Assembly (NCBI GenBank): GCA_000708835.1
Contig: DF237684.1
Location: 1 to 39,970 of the forward strand
Source of the DNA: Klebsormidium nitens
Lineage: Eukaryota > Plantae > Klebsormidiophyceae
DNA length: 39,970 nucleotides
Direction: 5' to 3'
Below the pieces are notes generated by a model. It did not search any database. It saw nothing but the letters and a program-made list of their open reading frames with translations, and was not told where the DNA came from. The position numbers and the translations under genes are program-made. Every line of letters begins with the position of its first letter. Position 1 is the stretch's first letter. Of this stretch, positions 34,201 to 39,970 are shown one piece after another.

Positions 34201-37200
34201 GGGGCACCCAGGGACAGTGCACGTGCCCGTGGTGGCCGGTTTTGCGCCCGCCTTCGAGCAGTGCGCGTCGCCCATTGCGAAACCCGGCTGCCCGTCGGCC
34301 TGGCACGTGACGTCGCGCTTCCACAGGCCGCTCGAAGTGCATGTGCCCCAGCCCCCGGTAACCCACTTATACACCGGTTCGGCTCCCAGCAGAGGAACGC
34401 AGCCCGAGCAGAAATTGCACGGAAGAAAGTGCTTCCCAATGAGCTTGACCTGCTTGCGGAACGGAACGATGCTCCCGCCGACGTTGATCTTCTTTCCGCT
34501 GATAGGGATCTCCAATTTGCGGGCAAACAAATGTTGGTCAAGCGAAAAGTAGAATGAGTTGCCAGTCCGGAAGGGAGGGACCGAACGGCTGACAAGGAGA
34601 GAGACGAATGCAATCTGGTTTAAGCTGCTAATAAAAGTCTTGCAGACGGGCAAGTAGGGGCCAGAGACAGGCTTTAAGGGTCACGTATACTTTGGATCAC
34701 CCCAGGAGAGAGAGTCAAGCTAGTCTTGCTTGACAATCAGATTGATTGTCTACGCTCTCTTGCAATGGAAGATGACGAATGGATAGCCATTTGGGAAGTC
34801 TTCTCTTTTCAGAACCGAGCTTGTAACAATTTAAGGAGCCCCCACGTCTCAAGTGTTCCGTCATGACTTCAAATAAGTGCCAACACGGTGTCAAAACAGA
34901 CGATGGGACTGGGTGCTTCAGCAGTAATGATGAGCCCAGATATTGCGAGTGTAAATGCGCTCACTTGTTGAGGCCCAAGGATAAGTTGAACCCGGCGTAC
35001 GTCCTAAAGGAGAAGGGGCAGTCTGCCGCATTACTGTCTGAATTGGCCCGGAAGTCCGCCCCGAGGTACGGCATCGGGGCAATAATGATCGGTAAAGCGT
35101 CGTAAAGCTTTAGGGTTATTTCTGGGATAAGCAGTCCTTCGACCGTTGCTTCGCCCTGGAAAGAGAGCTTGGGCTCCTCGTGGAAGTTCAACGGGGCAAA
35201 GTCGTCCGGCTGAACCGGCCGGAATTCCCCCCAAGCTGCCCGGAATTCCTTCCCAAACTGCGCAAAGAAGAGAAAAGCATCTCGTTGTGCGAACCATCTG
35301 GTTATCATGAAAGCAAGCCCGAAGCTCAAAGGAGTCAGATGCTGAGGATTCGAGTCGCACACGGTTCCAATGAGCACGGTCTGCACAAGAACCCGGGTGA
35401 GAGCCGCTTCGAAACTTCCTTCCAGATCAGAAGTCAAGTCGCGAGGCTCGCACTTATCAATAGCTATAAGCAATCAGTTTCTGGTTTCGGCCGATTCCGG
35501 CATCCTAGCTGATATAAGATTGAACTACATAAGCTGATATAAGTCAAAAGTATATAAGCTCGGATAAGACCCCTACTTGCCTGCATACGCTGACGATAGT
35601 CCACCCCAAAGCTCGCTCCACCGCGCACTGAAGCCGCGACGTTCGCCTGCGCCTTAAGCTGAATGCTAGGGGTTACAACGATGGGCACGTCCCCTGCCAT
35701 GATGGTGAGCGTACTCAGCACCTTGTTGGGGCCAATCGGCTTCGTCCAGCTGTTCCTACCGGCTATATGATCGAACTGCGCATTGAAGTCTGCATTCATC
35801 TGGAAGTCGCCGCTGATGACGACCTTCATCTGGTCCAGATACACCGGAACGACAGCCTGCACTCTCAAAGAACCTGGGTTTCTCTCAGAGGGAACGCCTC
35901 GGTATGCACAGGGAAAATGTGACGTTAACCAGCACTGGTTAGGCCCTGGTTAGATGCCTTTTCACGATACTGCATTTGTTCATAGCTGGTTACACACCTC
36001 TTAACCTCAGGATTAGCAGCAAGAAGTTCCTCTGATGTAGTACAGTTTGAGGAGGTCTTTTGATGATAGCAAGGAGGACGTTTCAAATTCCCTTTGCCCT
36101 CAAAAAGGCACGCATCAGACTGCAATGCAACAAGCTTGAGCGGTGGTGCTATCTGCGGTCGCAGAAACACATTCACGGAAGGGCATCTAATCTTCTCCGA
36201 GCGCGTGCTTTGCAAGCAGTTGCGCGCGGCCTTTCTCAGGAAAGTTATGCACGCAAGAAGGCCTTCTCTTCCAAAGCAAACGGAGGACCGACCTGCTGCG
36301 TTTTCAGCACCATATCGAAGCTGACCCCGGCCTCTAGGGTTGCGAAGCAATTCACGCACTCAACCGAAGCCCGAAGTTTTGCGTTGTCGTTGCTGGCCGC
36401 GCTCGCGGGATTCAGCTGGTCTCTTTTCAGAAGCGCCCGCTGCTCGGTCTCGTCGAAATTGAACGCGAAGATTCTCCAATTCGAATCCCCGTGCCACTCG
36501 TATTTGCCGTTTGCAAGAAGTTGAGTCATTACGTCTATCGCCGTAGCTGCACCATCCCCGACTTTCGTGATGGTGTGCTCTACGCCGTCATAAACTTGCC
36601 CCACCACTTTCACTAATCCGAGCAGCTTTCGACGTGCCCGGGTGAGCCCCTTTGCAGGGCTGGAAGCAGAGGACGGCGTGTACCTGGAGGAGAACAACCG
36701 GGCACTTGGTGAGCAGGCAAGGTGCCAGGATGTACCCGGGGAAGAACAACCGGGCAGTCAAGCAGGGGAGCAAGCGCTTGAGGATATGCACACCAACCTT
36801 TTCCTTGTTGCTTGTAGGGCCCGATCTCCTCAGCATCTTAGTCTCATCATTGACTCTCGTTCAGAATGTTGAGATCTGATGTCGGGCCAGAGCAGAGTTT
36901 TGACTATTGCTCTTTCGCACCGTCCATTCAGATTGTCTTGTTCTAAACAGATGATGCCTGTTTGAGCCCAAGCAGGCCACAATGCGTGTCCCAGAAGAAA
37001 ACAAAGCTCATAAGGAGTACCGGCTCGAGGCAAGAGCAGTGGGCGTGCGATTATACCCTGTTAGACACCCATGAGTAGAAGGAACCCAGACTTTCATTTT
37101 TACTGTCACCTAAATGCAAATCGGCAGCAAATGAGCCGCTTCTCGACTTTATTCGTCACCGTCTACTGTACCTGATAGACGGAGAGATGACGTAGGCTGA

Positions 37201-38417
37201 TATCACTGCTCGGAAAGACCGACCTGAAAGACACTTTTGCGCCACGGAAGCAATGGTGCAGCTCCCTCTCCTGTGTTTCTAAGATGACCGTTCCTTCCTC
37301 TACACCATCGACGGTCTGGATCAGCTTTCGGTAGATGGGAGCCGGCGCTCCCTCTTGGTCGGTGCAGTTCCACTCGAGTCCTCCGACCAGAGTTGTGCCC
37401 ACGCGCCAGCCTGGCAGGTGTGCCCGGTTGGACACACTGAGGTGGAGTTGGCCGCCCAAGCACCTGATCAAAAGGCAAAGAGCTTCTTTTGGTGCTCTGC
37501 TTGAAAGGCTGGAATCAAGCAAGCAAGGAGGAACGACTGAATGCATCAACAGGAGTTCTAGTGATCAGATGACCTGAGGATATTCTCCTTAGTGGAGCTA
37601 AGGACAGGCCACTGTTTAAAGCTTGAACCTTAACGCAGCTTCCTAACAAGATCTCGCCCACATTTAGCCAAACTTTCTAGGATGAACCTTAATGATTCGT
37701 AATCCTCTCATCGCAGTCAGTCCACATCTCCAATCGGTTCACTTCCAAGCAGACCACTGAAAGTGAGCAACCAACGTACACGCAAGCATCAGCTTCAGCT
37801 GAACCAAGAGCTGCGTGTCTGACACCTGTCAAACTTCTAACCAAGAGCATAAATGAGGCCTTCTTCCTGCTTTCATGGGAACTTTGCTAACCAGATGAGG
37901 TTAAGGGGTGTCTAACCAGCTACTAACCAGCTCAAGATGGTGAAAAGGTATCTAACCACTGGGGCCTAACCAGTGCTGGTTAAGGCTAACTTCTCCCTGT
38001 GTTTCTGATCTTGTCCCACTCTCACCTGACGCTCGAGATGACGTCAGCATGCTGCGCCAGGTTGACCAGGTGTGCCACGGTGCGCACGTTGTACTTGATG
38101 TGCAGCAGAGCCCCGGAGTCATCCACCATGTGCATTGCCTCGTAACGGTGATGTCCCCCAGTCTCATTCTGCTCCTCAGCGTCCTCCAGAACGACACCCG
38201 GGTGGCCATGCTCGTTCTTGGCGAGGTGAGCGTCCAAGTCAAAGGACTTGGAATGGTGCTCCAGCGTCTCGTCGTCCCAGTCTCCTTGATCCTCTGTGAA
38301 TGCGAGAGCGGACCAATGGGAAGCTGAGAGGCGGAGACAGAGGACTAGAAGGGAGACGCGGAATAGGAATTTGGGTGGAAACAAGCACTTGGGATGACCG
38401 TTCATTAAGGAGCTCAT
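25296..38417 (-). CDS. Giant secreted mosaic Hog protein (TSP1/LNR/PSI/PLAT-like/EGF/PKD-like/Ser-Pro/SEA-like) with C-terminal Hedgehog-type Hint domain, ~2700 aa; two apparent 1-nt frameshifts and one N-gap
   Basis: Exons 38417-38026, 37463-37224, 36683-36293, 35856-35581 (GC donor), 35257-34965, 34498-33272, 32651-32405, 31929-31798, 31161-30862, 30555-26335 (spans the N-gap) and 25717-25296 are phase-compatible. The N-terminus is hydrophobic (FLFRVSLLVLCLRLSASHWSALA). TSP1: WTTGDFGPCSKECGGGVRTRTTSC, VGEWQKCTQDCGGG. LNR: CRSSSLGDGTCEAACNLPECNFDGGDC. PSI: CHACAETAGCGWC. EGF: CRCKAGYSGARCE. Hint: GGCFPADA...TPNH...GLYSPKTVSGTILVD. Frame breaks occur near 26938 and 25488. Confidence 0.8.
25420..26490 (-). 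other. Hint (Hedgehog/intein) autoprocessing domain of Hog type, interrupted by one intron (26334-25718)
   Basis: The N-terminal cleavage motif is GG|CFPADAFVTLADGGWKRMADVHLGDPVL (Cys codon starts at 26490). Block B is T-P-N-H. The C-terminal block GLYSPKTVSGTILVDRVAA resembles Hedgehog GxYAPLTxxGTIVVDxVxAS. It is followed by an SRR-like FHRAMLPARL segment. Confidence 0.9.
27355..28235 (-). repeat. Ser-Pro-rich coding repeat array in the Hog gene (24-bp SPxASPSS units and an 84-bp duplication)
   Basis: Tandem gggctagcaaccgggctgctggaa-like units lie at ~27880-28060. The motif gggcttggcaccggggagagagacgg recurs at 27511 and 27595. A second, shorter SP stalk lies at ~28720-28960. Confidence 0.9.
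29353..29890. other. Assembly gap (N run) inside the Hog gene coding region
   Basis: Run of N flanked on both sides by Cys-rich coding sequence. Confidence 1.
30594..30618 (+). repeat. Short interstitial telomere-like / telo-box-like repeat (AAACCCTG)2-AAACCCTAG
   Basis: aaaccctgaaaccctgaaaccctag lies in a Hog-gene intron and is similar to the plant telomere unit AAACCCT. Confidence 0.55.
33138..33270 (+). repeat. ~21-bp minisatellite, ~6 imperfect copies, abutting a 5' splice site
   Basis: gttcatgaagagagacttatt-like units end at the donor of the exon that ends at 33272. Confidence 0.8.
35895..36030 (-). repeat. ~130-bp dispersed repeat (MITE/SINE-like), copy A, intron 3 of the Hog gene
   Basis: Its reverse complement aligns with 37878-38000 (tgaggttaag.ggtgt.taaccagcta ... 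gtgaaaagg.atctaacca ... gggcctaaccagtgctggttaa ... tccctgtg). Confidence 0.7.
37878..38000 (+). repeat. ~130-bp dispersed repeat, copy B (inverted relative to copy A), intron 1 of the Hog gene
   Basis: A CTAACCAG-rich segment matching the reverse complement of 35895-36030. Confidence 0.7.
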
Positions 38418-39634
38418 ATTTGCAGCTGACGTATCTTTATATGGATCAGAGGCCATCTGCGAGAGGCTTCGGCCTGGCCAGATTCTTAAGCGCCAGCTGT
38501 AACTAGCGGATTGGTGAATCTTTTTGAACACAGGAGCCTGATGAGCTGCAAAAGAAGCCTGCTAGAGAAAGGGTTTCAGATGACATCACTTGGAACGGTC
38601 AGCCAACAGTTCGACCTTGAACACCTGAACATATCTCATAACCAGAGGCATCCGAAGACACTTTGCATATGAGTGTCTCGATCTGCCAATGCGCAATGGG
38701 TGCAATTGTCTTTTCCTTTATCATGCAGCTTAACTGGCACTGTAGTGCGATCCAAAGGGTGGCACACTAGGAGGATGTAAGAACAAAACAGAGCAAGAGA
38801 ATCATAAAGTCAAAGCACTTGATAGTACACAATGCTTAGGTACCTGCAACAGTTTAGACTGCCAGCGAGCTGAATAACGAGTGACCAGCTCGTTTTCATT
38901 GCTCTTCCCAACGCTGTACAACGTACAGCTTCCAAGGTTGTCAGAAGGTGATTCAATACTATTACGATGCAGAAGGTCAGACTGGTGCGAGAAACGGCTC
39001 TGCAACGCTCGCTGCCGCCATGTGCATGATGACCTTGCAATCTGCGACACGATGTGCTCATCGACTGGGTCATGTGGCCTTCCTTGGATCCCCGGGAAGC
39101 GGTTGGCAACTGATTCTCTTAGCTCTTCAATGAATTGAAGCAGTTGGAAGCTCCAACTTCCAAGCTCCAAGGGCCAGCCGGTAACTCCGAATGCTGCACT
39201 CAGCCTCCACCTGATTTGAATCTAGTCACAAGATGCACAACGCGGAACCCTTTTTTTGAAACCTCAGTCGACGACGGCGGCCGCCCTCGGGTCGCGTTAA
39301 GGCGGCCGCTATAAATGGCGGGCCCCGCCTGCCGCGCCGTTACAACTGTCAAAACGCCGTTTGAGCCCGCGTTTGAGCGGCCCGACACGCGCAATAGAGC
39401 TAGTGAAAGGGCTCTACGCGCGCTCGCAAGCAGTGATTTGCGCAATGGTGCGCAACAAAACGTATTCTCAGGCCGTAATGACCTGGCCTTGCTTCGTCCA
39501 GAGACGGTTCGGGAGCACGTGCTTCCAATTCCAATTTTCCGCACGCCCGCGACGGTGTCCGACTACGCAGGCTGGAGTATACCTTTAGGACCCGGTTGGG
39601 GATGGCAGTACCCTCCCTTGTTCTCCCGGTCACG

Positions 39635-39970
39635 AGGGGTGTCGTTACCGACATGCGCTGCATTGCTTAGGAACTTGGGGCAGCCCCCTTGCACTAGGTC
39701 CCTAAGCTTCGACGCCGAGCACGCGTACTTAAGAGTAAGAGTCCACCTTCTGCCCCAAGTCCCTAAGTAGTGACCGGTAGGCCTTGTACGTTACCGGATG
39801 AACCCGAGGCTTAAGGACCAGATTCGATTTCGAAGAAGTTGTCCCTAAGTCCTGAAGCCCCCCTAAAGTAGGCCCACCGGCCGTAACGGCAGAGCCTCTC
39901 AACCGAAAAGCCCTTCCGCTCTGTTCGCCAACACTGAGGGTGTCGTCTCGGAGGGAAGTCCTAACGGACG
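39635..39970 (+). mobile_element. Probable left end of another TIR element related to the 8950-10499 family (runs off the window)
   Basis: It begins AGGGGTG like that TIR and shares gtccctaagcttcg, cttaaggac, ccctaagtag and cttaggaac motifs, with the same CCTAAG/CTTAGG reiteration. Confidence 0.5.

Overview
Eukaryotic, intron-rich nuclear DNA with two scaffold N-gaps. It is probably from a streptophyte green alga; the Klebsormidium-like assignment is inferred from intron style, extensin-like Ser-Pro repeats and a plant-type RPN12. No rRNA, tRNA or CRISPR array was seen. Manual splicing gives three minus-strand genes. (1) A 6-exon 26S proteasome subunit RPN12. (2) A 12-exon, ~1038-aa single-pass membrane protein: signal peptide, 2x PAN/Apple, Ser-Pro stalk, ALE2-like ectodomain, TM, cytosolic region and C-terminal RING-HC. 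This looks like a receptor-like E3 ubiquitin ligase, and it is invisible in the ORF track because a ~2.9-kb intronic DNA transposon splits it. (3) A ~2700-aa secreted mosaic protein (TSP1, LNR, PSI, EGF, PLAT-like, PKD-like, Ser-Pro stalks, RRxLL motifs) ending in a Hedgehog-type Hint domain, with two apparent 1-nt frameshifts near its C-terminus. On the plus strand, a degraded gene with a C-terminal HNH-like motif is interrupted by a 1.55-kb TIR element (201-bp TIRs, CAG target-site duplication). That element carries a retrotransposon gag and an adenine-methyltransferase-like fragment.
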